This document shows, in pieces, positions 1-11,960 of a stretch of 50,581 nt of DNA. The DNA lies in the NCBI RefSeq assembly GCF_004010195.1, contig NC_057718.1, positions 86,372,318 through 86,422,898 on the forward strand, read 5' to 3'. Positions within the stretch are counted from its first letter, which is position 1. Every line of letters starts with the position of its first letter. Origin of the DNA: Chiloscyllium plagiosum (Eukaryota). A model generated the notes under the pieces. The model saw nothing but the letters and a program-made list of their open reading frames with translations, ran no database searches and had not been told where the DNA came from. The translations under genes and the position numbers were made by a program.

Positions 1-733
1 TGAGTACAGGATTAAAGACAGGATTCTTGGCAGTGTGGAGGAATCAGTAGGATCATAGTGTGCAGGTATATAGATCCCTTAAAATGGCCACCCAAGTGGA
101 CAGGGTTGTTAAGAAAGCATATGGTGTATTGGCTTTCATTAACAGGGGGATTGAGTTTAAGAGTCGTGGGATCTTGTTGCAGCTCTATAAAACTTTGGTT
201 AGACCGCACTTGGAATACTGCGTCCAGTTCTGGTCGCCCTATTATAAGAAAGATGTGGATGCTTTGGAGAGGGTTCAGAAGAGGTTTACCAGGATGCTGA
301 CTGGACTGGAGGGCTTATCTTATGAGGAGAGGTTGACTGAGCTCGGACATTTTTCATTGGAGAAAAGGAGGAGGAGAGGGGACCTAATTGAGGTATGCAA
401 GGTAATGCGAGGCATAGATAGAGTTGATAGCCAGAGACTATTTCCCAGGGCAGAAATGACTAACACGAGGGGTCATAGTTTTAAGCTGGTTGGAGGAAAG
501 TATAGAGGGGATGTCAGAGGCGGGTTCTTTACACAGAGAGTTGAGAGAGCATGGAATGCGTTGCCAGCAGAAGTTGTGGAGGCAGGGTCATTGGGGACAT
601 TTAAGAGACTCCTGGACATGCATATGGTCACAGAAATTTGAGGGTGCATACATGAGGATCAGTGGTCGGCACAACATCGTGGGCTGAAGGGCCTGTTCTG
701 TGCTGTACTGTTCTATGTTCTCTATGTTCTATG
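1..733 (+). mobile_element. CR1-clade LINE 3' end (RT C-terminal region, 3' UTR, CTATGTT-type tail)
   Basis: ORF 60-641 has CR1 motifs LYKTLVRPHLEYCVQFWSP, LERVQKRFTRM and RGDLIEV; ends in short tandem tail TTCTATGTTCTCTATGTTCTATG. Confidence 0.9.
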
Positions 734-2470
734 TCATAACAGTTTGGGGGCTCATCCGGGATTTAGACAGGTTTAGACAGATCCAGTCTGAGATTTGGAC
801 AGATTTGAATAGATTTGGGGAAGGAAAGATCTCAGCAGATTTAAGCACATATCAATTAGTGCCCTAGATCTTTAAATAAAATGTAGATGAGACAATTTGT
901 TTAATTTCAGTTATTTGTGGTTGGTTAAATTAGAAGTGAGAGAAATGGCTCTTAAAATTGCTGAAGAGGTTCTGGAGTTTGAAAATGATTCCCAAGTTTG
1001 CCAAGAAAGTTTAGAAAGACAAAAAAAAAGCCTTACTTTTAGAATAAGCAAATAGGTTAGAATTGGGTCCAACCAGGGAGAAAAGAAAAGCTGAAATTGT
1101 AATGGAGTTTTCAAACACTTAGGTGTGTTAGAAAAACAGGCAAGTGCAGTAGAGCTTGAAAATTAAATTGCAATTGAGGCAAATGGAGTTAGAAGATAAA
1201 GAAAAGGAAAGAAGAGCAATGAGAAAAGAAAGAGAGAGAAAGGAAAGAGAGAGAGAAGGTTCTCAGCTGAACAAAGAGCGAGAAGAAAGTGAGAGAGAAA
1301 GAAAGACAAGAAAGAGAAGGAGAGAGGATTTGAACTTCAGAAGTTGCAAAATAATCAGGAAAGTCCAGTTTACAGGAAGGAGATGAAGAGAGAGGTGAGT
1401 GATTGACACAAATACATTATAACATTGCCTCATTTTGATGAAAAAGGTATTGAATACTTCTTTATTTCATTTGAAAAATTGGCTAAGCAGATGGAGTTGT
1501 CAGAGAAGTAATGTTCAGATAATGTTAGTTCAGATTCAGCTGGAAGGTAAAGTTAATGAGATATTTGCAGCATTGTCAGATGAGGGGTCAAGGGATTATG
1601 AAGATGTCAAACAAGCTATTTGAGTGCTTATGAATTGGTACCAGGACCGTGTACACAAGCAGCTCAGAAACATAAAGAAGGAACCAGGTCAGACTCATGT
1701 TGAGTTTGAAAGAATTAAACCTAGTAACTTTGATAGCTGGTTGTGGGCCTTAAAAATAGACTACACCTATGAGGCTCTAAAAGAAATTATTCTGCTGGAG
1801 GAGTTTTAAAACTCATTTATGTGGATGAACAGCAAGTTCAAGAAGTGAGAAGAGCAGCAGAGATAACACATGAATATGCATTGGTACATAAGGCAAAAGT
1901 TAGCTTCCAGCAAGAAATTCATCAGGTGAGGAATAGAAATTGGGAGAAAGGGAGATCCTACACAACAAAACAAAGAGCCGAGCGCACTGTTAATAGTTTA
2001 CCACAGGATAAAAAAGAAGCCCAAGAGGATGAAAGGGAGGTGAAAAGCCTCAGGTACTTCTCGTCTGGTAAAGTGGACCACGTAAAGTCACAGTGTTGGT
2101 CATTAAAGAAAGGCACTGTGGGAAAAGATGTGGTAAAAGACAATGGCATTAGTGAAAGAAGCAAAGGAAACCCCAAGAAAAGTCAAGGAGCTATAGCAGA
2201 GTGCATATCCGAGGTAGGGGCTGGGTATGGCGTTAGTATGACTTCGCTTCTGTGGCTAACGTTTACTCAGAAAGAACGGGGTGGGGGCAGGGGTTAAAGG
2301 AAAAGAAGTTAAAATTTTGAGAGATACAGGATCTAATCAGTCTCTAATAGTAAGAGATGAACATATTTGCACTCTTTCTGACCTGTTACCCGAGAGTGTG
2401 GTAATTCATGGGAAAGCTGGACAGAAATTTAGTGTTCCCCTATGTAAGATCAGGTTGGAGTACCAACTCA
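733..2470 (+). mobile_element. Decayed Ty3/Gypsy (Gmr1-like) LTR retrotransposon: LTR end, PBS, gag with SCAN-like region, degenerate Zn knuckle, protease
   Basis: GTCATAACA LTR-like end 733-741; tRNA-Pro PBS 745-762; gag fragments FAALSDEGSRDYEDVKQAI and YEALKEIILLEEF; knuckle YFSSGKVDHVKSQC; protease ILRDTGSNQSL; many stops and frameshifts. Confidence 0.8.
745..762 (+). promoter_or_regulatory. Primer-binding site complementary to the tRNA-Pro 3' end
   Basis: TGGGGGCTCATCCGGGAT matches the canonical TGGGGGCTCGTCCGGGAT at 17/18 and follows ...TAACA after a 3-nt spacer. Confidence 0.85.
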
Positions 2471-2474
2471 TAAG

Positions 2475-2775
2475 GAATCCACGGTGTATCTTCACAGGTA
2501 ATTGCAGAAGGTGTAATACTTGCTCTCGATCCCCTCCCTCCTCACAGCCCGGGGTCCAGAGCATACCATTCCAGTGAACAGCAGTTTCCCTTGTACTTTT
2601 TTCTATCTAATCTACTGATTTTGCTGCTCACAATGTGGACTCGTCTACATTAATGAGACTAAACACAGACTGGGTAACTGATTTGAGGAACATTGCTGCT
2701 TTGTCCACAAGAATAATCCTGATCTTCTGTTTGTTTACCATTTTAATGAAACATCTTGCTCCCGTGCTAACGCAC
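2475..2775 (+). mobile_element. Penelope-like element GIY-YIG endonuclease remnant
   Basis: Manual translation FPCTFFYLIY*FCCSQCGLVYINETKHRLGN*FEEH...YHFN parallels the better-preserved motif in ORF 15913-16416. Confidence 0.75.
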
Positions 2776-2794
2776 AGATGAACACACATGGACA

Positions 2795-2960
2795 ATGTGG
2801 AAGCAGGCCATTCAGCCCATCAAGTTCACATTGACCCACCCTCAACTCTATCCCTGTAGCTCTGCCTTTCCCAAGGCTAACCAATCTCGCCTGCAAGCCC
2901 TGGGAACTATGGGCAATTTAGCATGGCCAATCCGCCAACCTGCACATTTTTGGACTGGAG
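2795..2960 (-). mobile_element. Partial HE1/V-SINE
   Basis: GGGCAATTTAGCATGGCCAATCC...CCTGCACATTTTTGGACTG is the reverse complement of the SINE core at 42250-42295. Confidence 0.7.
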
Positions 2961-3232
2961 TTGTTAGAGTTTGCAGCATCCAACAGGAAGGGGAATCCAT
3001 GAAATGTTTCCCAAAGGGACAAGGATATGGGGAAAGGAGAGAGAGAAATGGGTGTGAGTGGATCATTCTGACAGGAGCCAGGGCAGGTCTGAGAAGTTCA
3101 GTGGTCATTTTCCTGCCTCCAGTTCTATAATTTTAATGTTTCTGCTCCAGTGCTTCGGCTGTGACTTATCAAGTGTAAGTAAATCAATTCTGTTTTTCTT
3201 CACCGCTATACATTATACTCAGTGATGTAATC

Positions 3233-3317
3233 TGTTTACTCCAGTGGCTGGAACTAATTACAATGGTTACATAAGCCTCCTGGGCTCAGTGAGTGTCACT
3301 CACCTGGATTCATAAAT
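3233..3317 (+). promoter_or_regulatory. Putative promoter of receptor A: TGTTTAC, AACTAATT and CATAAAT
   Basis: TGTTTAC at 3233, AACTAATT at 3252 (same 19-nt offset as in the three paralogs), TATA-like CATAAAT at 3311, 85 nt before the ATG. Confidence 0.5.
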
Positions 3318-3395
3318 GGCTTCATTGACTGAATGAGCTCAGAGTGTTAATGAAACCTGTTTGATGCTGAAGGACACTCAAATTCACCACTCAAC

Positions 3396-3477
3396 ATGAA
3401 TCTGGTGGATCTAATGTTTCTGCTCATTGATATTGAACCTATTTTCTATCCCATCCTTGGGGTCACTGGAGTTCTGT
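3396..3477 (+). CDS. Receptor A exon 1 (GPR139-like class A GPCR; N-terminus and first half of TM1)
   Basis: ATG 3396 encodes MNLVDLMFLLIDIEPIFYPILGVTGVL plus 1 nt, followed by donor GTGAGT at 3478; splices in frame (phase 1) to exon 2; homologous to exon 1 of the paralogs. Confidence 0.85.
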
Positions 3478-3974
3478 GTGAGTTATTATAACTGTTGTTG
3501 GTTTGTATGCTCTGATAATGTAACCTGTTGGTGCAGTATTTGTTGCAGCCTCATACATTTACAGTTTTATTTCAAATGCTATCGATCATTAACATTCCGT
3601 GATATTTATCCTTATTTTAGTCATAGTCTCTTCACCAAGTCGGAACATGCAGCTAACTGGGGTTAGTTTGCTCAGATAAATATCTTATTTTATTTACTTT
3701 ACTCTATTTCTGCAACTAAATCCTACATCAGGATGTATTTATTAATTTTCAGAACTGTTCCATTTATTTCCAGGCTTCAGTGAGGATGTGTTGTATTTGG
3801 ATGTTGTTTTGTGCATTGAAGCAAAGTGGGGAGATGCACCTTCACTGCAATGGAACGTGTGCTCTCTCACACCAAAGAATTGCCCTCAGGAATGGACTAT
3901 GTCAGGCCTTTTACACCATCAGAACATCCTGAAGCTCCTCACACCCTGTGAAGGATCACTGTATTTTTAAATAT

Positions 3975-4445
3975 TCTTTATGAGGATGTGACAGGTCACT
4001 GACTGGACCAGTGTTTATTGCCCATCTCTAACCATTCTTGAGAAGGTGGTGTTGAGCTGCCTTCCTGATCTGCTGAGCCTGTGCAGATTATGGAGGAATG
4101 GATTTCCAGGATTGTGACAGAGAAAGAACAGCGAATTAGATCCACGTCGGGATAGTTATGGCTTGGAGGGAAAATTGTAGGTGACACTGTCATCACCCTT
4201 GGTGCTGTCTGAGGGGTCTTGGTGAGTTATTATAATCCATCTGTAGATGGTACACACTGCTGTCCCTCTGCCAATGGAGTCAGTGCAGAAGGAAGTGGAT
4301 GAAGTGCAGATCACACGGGCTGCATCGTCCTGAATGGTGTTGGGATTCTTGAGTGTTGTTGGAGCTGCCCTCATTCGGCGAGTGAACGTTTGTAGCATCC
4401 CCTGATTCCGATTGCATTGCCTTGCCGTTGAGCTCAGACACAAAG
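3975..4445 (-). mobile_element. LINE 3' fragment (second CR1/L2-group family) in the intron of A
   Basis: Minus ORF with RAAPTTLKNPNTIQDDAARVI; same family as 11728-11940 and 14889-15122. Confidence 0.7.
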
Positions 4446-4569
4446 GCAGAAAGCTTGTCATGGGTGTCAGCATCTTCAGTCAAGACAAATGAGATAGACT
4501 TCACTCACAGAGTAAATCAAGGGCAGCCTCTGATACTAGTCCAGAGGCTTGAACATGATCAGTCAGATG

Positions 4570-5200
4570 GTCAGGGTCTTAGCCTCACAGGGGGATGAGG
4601 AGTTGAATGTCTGGCAGCCCACCACCTGCCATGATGTGTTTTTGCCCTATTGAGGGTTGTTTTCCTCGTGGAGTGAGAGAGAGGAAGGGATGAAGGGAGC
4701 TGAAAGTGGATGGGACAGCTGTGACATTTGGTGGAGGTGGGAAGGTGACCCGAGTAAGTGAGGAGACAGTGCCAAGGGCAAGTGGTGTTGGGAGTAAGGG
4801 GGGTGCTGAGAGTGAGTGAGGGAAAATAATGCAGCCAAGCAACAGTGTGGTAGGATTGGACCATTACATGAAGCAGCGGACGGGTCGAGGAATAAAAATG
4901 GCGCATGCTGGCAGAGTGGAAAAGAACCAACTCCCTGCACTGCCACTGACCTCAGTGGCAAACTCAGAAAAGGCTGACATGGATTGCTGTCATGCCTTCC
5001 GCTGTTGGTGTTTGTAGGTGAAGAAGATATCCTGAGTCTGAATCCCCACATCCAGCAGGAGCTCCAGGTAGCTGCCCACAAACTGGAGTACCCATTTCCC
5101 CATGTCTGCCATGTCAGGGGCAAACCAATGGTTCCTTTTCTCAGTCATCATGCAGGTCAGCTCAGGTCTCACAGTGCTTGCCCAGGTGCACTGTGGGATT
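4570..5200. mobile_element. Possible PIF/Harbinger remnant (Myb/SANT-partner fragment on the minus strand)
   Basis: Minus ORF 4585-4842 ends AGGGLPDIQLLIPL, resembling the TGGG motif of Harbinger Myb-like proteins; weak. Confidence 0.35.
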
Positions 5201-5599
5201 TTAAATTTGCCATCAGCACAAGAAATATTAATCATTCTGTGGATATCCAGTGAGTGACACATTTTTCTGGGAAGAGCACATGGTAAGTAAGGGAGAGATT
5301 TGGATATGTGGGATGCCCTAGGATTGGGGTGGGACATTGATAAGGTACATTTGTTTGGTAAGGTTTGGAGGAAAAAGACACAGGGCCACACATCAAGAAT
5401 TCTTGCAAAAACCCTGACATAACTTGCACTTCCCTCAAAATAAGTTTTATAATTTTGCACATTAAGAAACTTACCTGTTGATTCACTCAGACAAAATCCC
5501 TACAAAGTCAGCTGTAAAATTGTAACGTTTTAACTTTTACACTACTTGCACACATTTTCAGCTTACAATTTGGTGTCACCTTCTTTTTTACATTTACAG

Positions 5600-6495
5600 C
5601 TAACCTAATCGCAATCATGACACTGTCACGAGGGAAGTGTGGTCTTTCTAAAGGTGTCACTTGGTACCTGATCGCTATGGCTGTAGCAGATCTGCTGGTT
5701 GTCATTATTCAGGTCATACTGGACAAGATGAATCACTTTTATCTACACATTGTATTCTTCTACAGCCCTCCTGGTTGTAGCATCAGAGACGTCATTGGTT
5801 CCACAGCCGTAAGTAGCTCAGTCTGGCTCACAGTCACCTTCACCTTTGACCGAATGGTGGCTATTTGTTTCCAGAAACTGAAGAGAAAATTCTGCACTCA
5901 GAGAAATGCAGCTGTCATTATCACAACTGTCAGTTTACTGAGTTTATTAAACAAAATCCCACTATATTTTAAGTATGAACCATACTTTTGCAAATTTACC
6001 CATAAATACATGCAGTACCCTGCATGGATAGCTTTTGACTGGGGGGATCGTATTTTAACTCCAGTGCTCCCTTTCTTCCTGATCCTGCTGCTTAATGCTG
6101 TCACCGTCAGACACATCCTTCTGGCTAGTGCAGTCCGCAGGAAGCTGAGAGGACAACAAAACGGGGATAAGCCGAATGATCCAGAAATGAAGAATCGAAG
6201 ACGATCCATCATTTTGCTCTTTGCCATATCGGGCAGTTTTATCCTGTTATGGATCACTCGTGTCATAATTCTCGCGATTCAGCGACTTACTGGGTGGTAT
6301 ACATTAACATCAGATGGTTATTGGGTGGGAGATCTCATAGGAGCAATGCTTCAGTTATCCAGCTCCTGCAACAACACATTTATTTACGCAGTCACACAGA
6401 GCAAGTTCAGAGAGGAGATGCTGAATACTGTGAAATATCCCTTCATCACCATCCAGAATTCCATTAAACGACGGGAACAAAGCTGGTCAATGTAA
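5600..6495 (+). CDS. Receptor A exon 2; intact probable GPR139-like GPCR, 325 aa spliced
   Basis: Pyrimidine tract plus CAG acceptor ending 5599; (S)NLIAI leads into ORF 5617-6495 with MAVADLL (TM2), FTFDRMVAIC (DRY-like), PFFLILLLN (TM5), FILLW (TM6) and NNTFIY (TM7). Confidence 0.9.
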
Positions 6496-6677
6496 GTACA
6501 GTCCGGAAAGGAATATTATTATTCTCCAATCAACTGCTGTTGTATAGGTGCGTGCAAAGAGATTTAAAATGGAGAATCAGATTGTTCCTTAAATTGTGTG
6601 AACAAATGATTTAACACAAGTGTGCTGTGAGGACATCTGCTCCTGCTCAATGAAGATCCATGCCTATCTTGTTCATC

Positions 6678-7570
6678 GAGTCATAGAGCCATGGAGATGT
6701 AGAGCATGGAAGCAAACCTATTGGTCCAACTCGTCCATGCCAACCAGATATCCTAAATTAATCTAATCCCCTTTGCCAGCACTTGGCCCACATTCCTCTA
6801 AACTCTTCCTATTCATTGACCCATCCAGATGCCTTATATAATGTTATAATTGTTATAATGTCTTCACTGTTTCCTCTGGCAACTCATTCCACACACACAC
6901 CATACTCTGTGTGAAAACATTGCTCCTAAAGTCTCTTTTAAATCTTTCCCCTCTCACCTTAAACATATCCCCTTTATCTCTGGACTCCCCCACCCAAGGG
7001 AAAAGACCCTATCCATGTCCTCCATGATTTTACAAACCTCCATCAGGTCACATCTCAGTCTCTGATGTTTCAGGGAAAACAGCCACAGCCTATTCAATCT
7101 CTCCCTGTAGTTCAAACCCTCCAAACCTGGAAACATCTTTGGAAATCCTTTCTGAACCCTTTCAAGTTTCAGGATAGCACGTTAGCAGGGAGACAATGTT
7201 TCAGTATTGCACACAATATTCCAAAAGTGGCCTAACCAATGTCCTGTACAGCAGCAACATGCCCTCCCAACTCCTGTACTCAATGGTCTGACCAATAAAG
7301 GAAAGCATGCGAAGGGAGATAGTTCTTCACTATCCTATCTCCCCGCGACTCCACTTTCAAGGAACTATGAACCTGTACTTCAAGATCTCTTTGTTAATCA
7401 ACTCTCCCCAGGATCTTACCATTAATTGTATATGTCCTACCCTGATTTGCCTATCAAAAATGCAGCACCTCACATTTATCTAAGTTAAACACCATCTGCC
7501 ATTTCTCGGCCCATTGGTCCATCTGATCAAGATCCCATCATATTCTGAGGCAATCTTCTTGGCTCCAATT
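6678..7570 (-). mobile_element. CR1 LINE 3' fragment
   Basis: Minus ORF PGLEGLNYRERLNRLWLFSLKHQRLRCDLMEV; GAGTCATAGAG tail at 6678. Confidence 0.9.
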
Positions 7571-7884
7571 TTGGCATCAATTTTGTTCTTCACACTTGGC
7601 CCATTATTGTTTGGGGGATTTTATGTAAATTTCCACTTCAATTTTTCAATAATGATTCTTGCTCAATATATGTCATGTTGATTTTTGTCTAATTGTACAA
7701 GACCAACTGAGTTTAAGACTGTATTTTTGAATGCCATTAACATGATTTAGAAAGAATAATAATTATAACAGAGCCATCACCTACAACTGGCTCTATCATT
7801 GGCTTCATGACTGGTGAGTGATGGTGTCGTGCAAGACACAATAGTAAGATCTTAGCTCTGATTACAACTTTGGCTCCCCATAAT

Positions 7885-10127
7885 TCTATTTGTCTTAAAA
7901 TAGTTACAGGAAATGATAGGCCTTGTATAAAAGTTAAAGTTCTAAATTGGAGTAAGGCCAACATTGATGGCATAGCACAGGAACTTTCAAAAGCAGATTG
8001 GAGTAGACTATTTGCAGTTAAAGTGACAACTGGCAAGTGGGAGGCTTCCAAAAGTGAGATAACGAGAGTTCAGAGGCAGTATGATCCTGTTAGAATCAAG
8101 GGTAAAGTTGGTAGGAGTAGGGACAATAGATAAACAGAGATATTGAGGCTCTAGTCAAGAATGAGAAGAAGCCATGTATCAGATATAGGCAACTGGGATC
8201 AAGTGAATCTCTTGAAGACAATAAGGGTATAGGGCATTCTTAAGAGTGAAATCTGGAGGGTAAAGTGGGGATACGAGATAGTCTTGGCAGATTAGGTTAA
8301 TGATGAACCAAATAGTTTCTATGATTACATTGAGGGCAAAAGAGCAGCTTAGGTGGGAATATGGCCTCAAAAAGATCAACAAGGTCATCAATCCATGGAA
8401 CCACAGGCAATGGGTGAGATCCTAAATGAATATTTCACTTCAGTATTCACTCTGGAGAAAAGCATGGAAGCTAACAAACTCAGGAAAATAAATATTCACA
8501 TCTTGAAAACAGTCAACATTACAGAAAAGGAGGTACTGGCAAGTCATAGAAGGGATGAAGGTAGCTTAATCTCTGGGTCTTGATCAAGTGTATCGAGGGA
8601 TGAAATTGTGCAGCCCATAGCAGAGATATATGTATCATCTGCAGCCACAGCTGAGGTGCCAGAAGACTGGAGGGGGGCTAATGTTGTGCCTTTATTTAAG
8701 AAAGGCTTCAATGAAGAACCAGAGAACTGAAGACCAGTGAGTCTGATGTCAGTGATGGGTAAGTTGCTGGAGGGGATTCGCAGAGACAGGATCTACACGC
8801 ATTTGGAGAGGGAAAGACTGATTCTGAATAGTCAGCATGGCTTTGTGCATGGGAAATTGCGATTCACTAACTTGATTGAGTGTTACTGTGAGCAAGAAGT
8901 AGATGAAGGCAGAGCAGTAGATGTTGTCTACTGTTGTCTAAAGAGCAGTAGATGTTGGAGGTCTGTAGCAAAGCCTCCAAGAAGGTTCTGTATAGTAGCC
9001 TGGTCAGTATTGTTCGATCAAATGGGATCCAGGGGAAGCTTGTCAGTTGAATACAAAATTGACTTGAAGGTAGGAAACAGAGGGCAGTGGTGGTTGGTTG
9101 TGTTTTGGACTGGAGGCATGTGATCAGCGGAGTTCCAGTGCTAGGCCCACTGTTGTCTGTCTTTTATATAAAAGATTTGATGTGAATTTAGGAGGCATGG
9201 TTAGCATGTTTGTGGATAACTCCAAAATTGATGGTATCATGGAGAGTGAGGAATTTTATCTAAGAGTAGAACAGGATTTGATCAACCTGGCAGTGGGACA
9301 AGAAATGGTAGATCGATTTTAATTTAGATAAATGTAAGGTGTTGCATTGTGGGAAGACAAACAAGAGCAGGACTTACACAGTGAATGGTGGGGCCCTGGG
9401 GATGGGTGTAGAACAGAGAGACCTCGGGGTTCAGGTATGTAGTTCTTTGAAAGTTGTGTCACAGGTAGACAGAGGGGTAAAGAAGGCTCTTGGCACACTT
9501 GTCTTCATTGCTCAGATCGTTATGCAAAGGAATTGGGATGTCATGTTGTAGTTGTATAGGACATTGGTGAGGCCACTTTTGGAGTAATGTGGACTGTTCT
9601 AGTTGCCCTGCTGTAGGAAGGATGTTATTAAGGTGGAGAGGGTGCAGCAAAGATTTATAAGGATCTTCCCAGGACAGGAGGGTTTGAGTTATAAGAAGAG
9701 ACTGCATAAGCTGGGACTTTTTTCACTGGAATAGAAGGAGGTTGAGGGGTGACATTACAGAGGTTTATAAAATCATGAGAGGAACAGATAAAGTGAATAA
9801 CAAAGGTTTTTCCCTAGAGTTGGGGAGTTCAAAACTAGAGGGCGTAGGTTTAAGGTGAGAGGAAAAAGATTTGAGAGGGACCTGAGGGGCAACATTTTCA
9901 TGTAGAGGGTGGTTCGTATGTGGAATGAATTGCCAGAGAAATCGGTGGATGCAGGTACAGGTACAATCTTTAAAAGATATTTGGACAGATACAGGAATAG
10001 GAAAGGTTTAGAGGATAATGGGCCAAAAGCTGGCAAATGGGATTAGTTTAGCTTAGGAGATTTGGTCGGCATGGATGAGTTGGACCGAAGCATCTGTTTC
10101 CATGCTGTATAACTCTATGACTCTATG
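7885..10127 (+). mobile_element. Long decayed CR1 LINE ORF2 with 3' tail
   Basis: Fragments VLNWSKAN, ILNEYFTSVFT, SLMSVMGKLLE...SQHGF, MFVDNSKI and QRDLGVQV; tail CTCTATGACTCTATG. Confidence 0.9.
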
Positions 10128-10129
10128 GG

Positions 10130-10420
10130 CAGTGAGGACAGGTGAGTGGTGGCCAAGCTGGTAATCCTGACTCCAATGGAGGGGGAGGTTCCACAGCTGA
10201 CCAGTCCCAAGACTGGAGAGCCATTGGCTGTCTGCGTAGAGTTCAGCTGAAGGTGGCAGAGTGGGTTTCCTTGCTGCATTTTCCCAGAAACTGAGCTTGT
10301 TTGTTGAGTTTGGGAAGATGTGAGGCTGAATATTAATGAGCCCTGTTGGGCTGCTAACAAGGTGGTGTTTAGCCATCACTAATGCCCATCAATCCCCATC
10401 TCCCTGCTGCCTAGTGAGAG
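10130..10420 (+). mobile_element. Possible Harbinger Myb-partner remnant
   Basis: Translates AKLVILTPMEGEVPQL, similar to VAKLNLMEEEEMLQL in ORF 21564-21830 (-). Confidence 0.3.
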
Positions 10421-10964
10421 TTTCCACACACCACTTATCAAAAACATGAAAGGTGGAGCAAGACCATCTTGATGTTTAGATGGGCCTCGCTGCACTTGTC
10501 ACCTGATTCTGTCACATGACTTTCCAATGCCCATGTCACAAAGACCCCGATAAGATTCCTCCTGAAATTTATTCCCACAACAATTTGAAATTTACATGCT
10601 TGAAAAACACTCACACCCTCATGGACACACGCACACACAGACAGACACACACACAAAACATAAGAAGTAAATCACATTTTACAGTTTAGCTCTTTAAACT
10701 GCATGTGTTTTATGTTGACTCTTGCAATTCTTTGATTAAATGGAAATGAGAAATGTTTGAGTTTCCAAAAGAATCAGGATACCACTTTTCTGGAGACGTA
10801 CCTTTTGGTTGGTGTAAATAGGTTCAGCCACCTCACTCAATGCCTGAGCTGATTGGTGTCCTGGCAGGGCGCTATTCTTGGTGTTAGAGGAATGGTCCCT
10901 CCAGTTCTGGTGGTTTCAGGACGACCTTTTCCCAGGTTAGTTCTTGGAGTGATGGACCAAGTTT

Positions 10965-11960
10965 TCCATTGGCATGACAACCAACAAGAGGGAAAACCAT
11001 CCTTGACCCCAATCTAACAGCTTCAGATACATCTGTCCATGATATTACTGGTGAGAGTGACTACCACACAGTCCTTGTGGAGACAAAGTGCTGTCTTCAC
11101 ATTGAGAATACCCTCCATTGACACTATCACTATGTTAAATGGGACAGATCTAGCAACTCAAGACTGAGCATTCATGAAATGTTGTGGGTCATCTCCAGCA
11201 ATAGAATTGTATTCCAACACAATCATGGCCCAGCATATTCCCCCACTCAGCCATTACCATCAGGCCAGGGGATCAGCCCTTGTTTCGATGGGGAGGGCAG
11301 GAGGGCATGCCAGGAGAAGGACCAGGCAAACAAAACAATGATGGTGGTGCTACCAAACAGGATTGCTTACATGCCGAACAGCAAACGCAGCAAGAGATAA
11401 ACAGAGCTAAGTGATCCCACAACCAATGGATCAGATCTAAGTTCTGCAGTTCTGCCACATTCAGTCATGAAGGCCAGCGGACAATTAAACAACTCACTAG
11501 TGGAGGACACTCCACAAATATCCCCTTCCTCAGTGCTGGAAGAACCCAACACATCTGTGCAAATGATACAGCTGAAGTATTCACAGCCATCTTCAGCCAG
11601 AAGTGCAGAACAAATGATTCATGTCAAACTTGTCCAGTGATCCCCAGCACTGCAGATAGCAGCCTTCAGCTAATTCAACTCTCTCCATGTGATATCAAGA
11701 AATGGTTGGATGCACTGAGTACTGGATATGGGTTCCAACAATGTTCCAGCCATAGTACTGGCAACTTGTACCCCAGAACTTGTGATGGAATATTCCTCAT
11801 TTGCCTGGATGCGTGCAGCTCGAACAGCATTCAAGAAGATTGACACCATCCAGGACAAAACAGCCCACTTGATTGGTACCACATCCACAAGCATCCACTC
11901 CCGCCAACACCAACGCTCCTATCTACGCAATGCACTGTAGCAATTCACCAAGCCCCCTGA
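10965..11960 (+). mobile_element. Internally deleted LINE (second CR1/L2-group family)
   Basis: FTAIFSQKC, IQLSPCDIKKWL, GSNNVPAIVLATCTPEL fused to MEYSSFAWM...IDTIQDKTAHLIG. Confidence 0.75.

Noticed and set aside
60..641. 193-aa ORF as a host gene
   Set aside because: It is the C-terminal part of CR1 ORF2, repeated many times in the window.
5898..6266. Antisense ORF overlapping A (also 17185-17472 over B)
   Set aside because: Shadow ORFs of the GPCR coding strand with no recognisable motifs.
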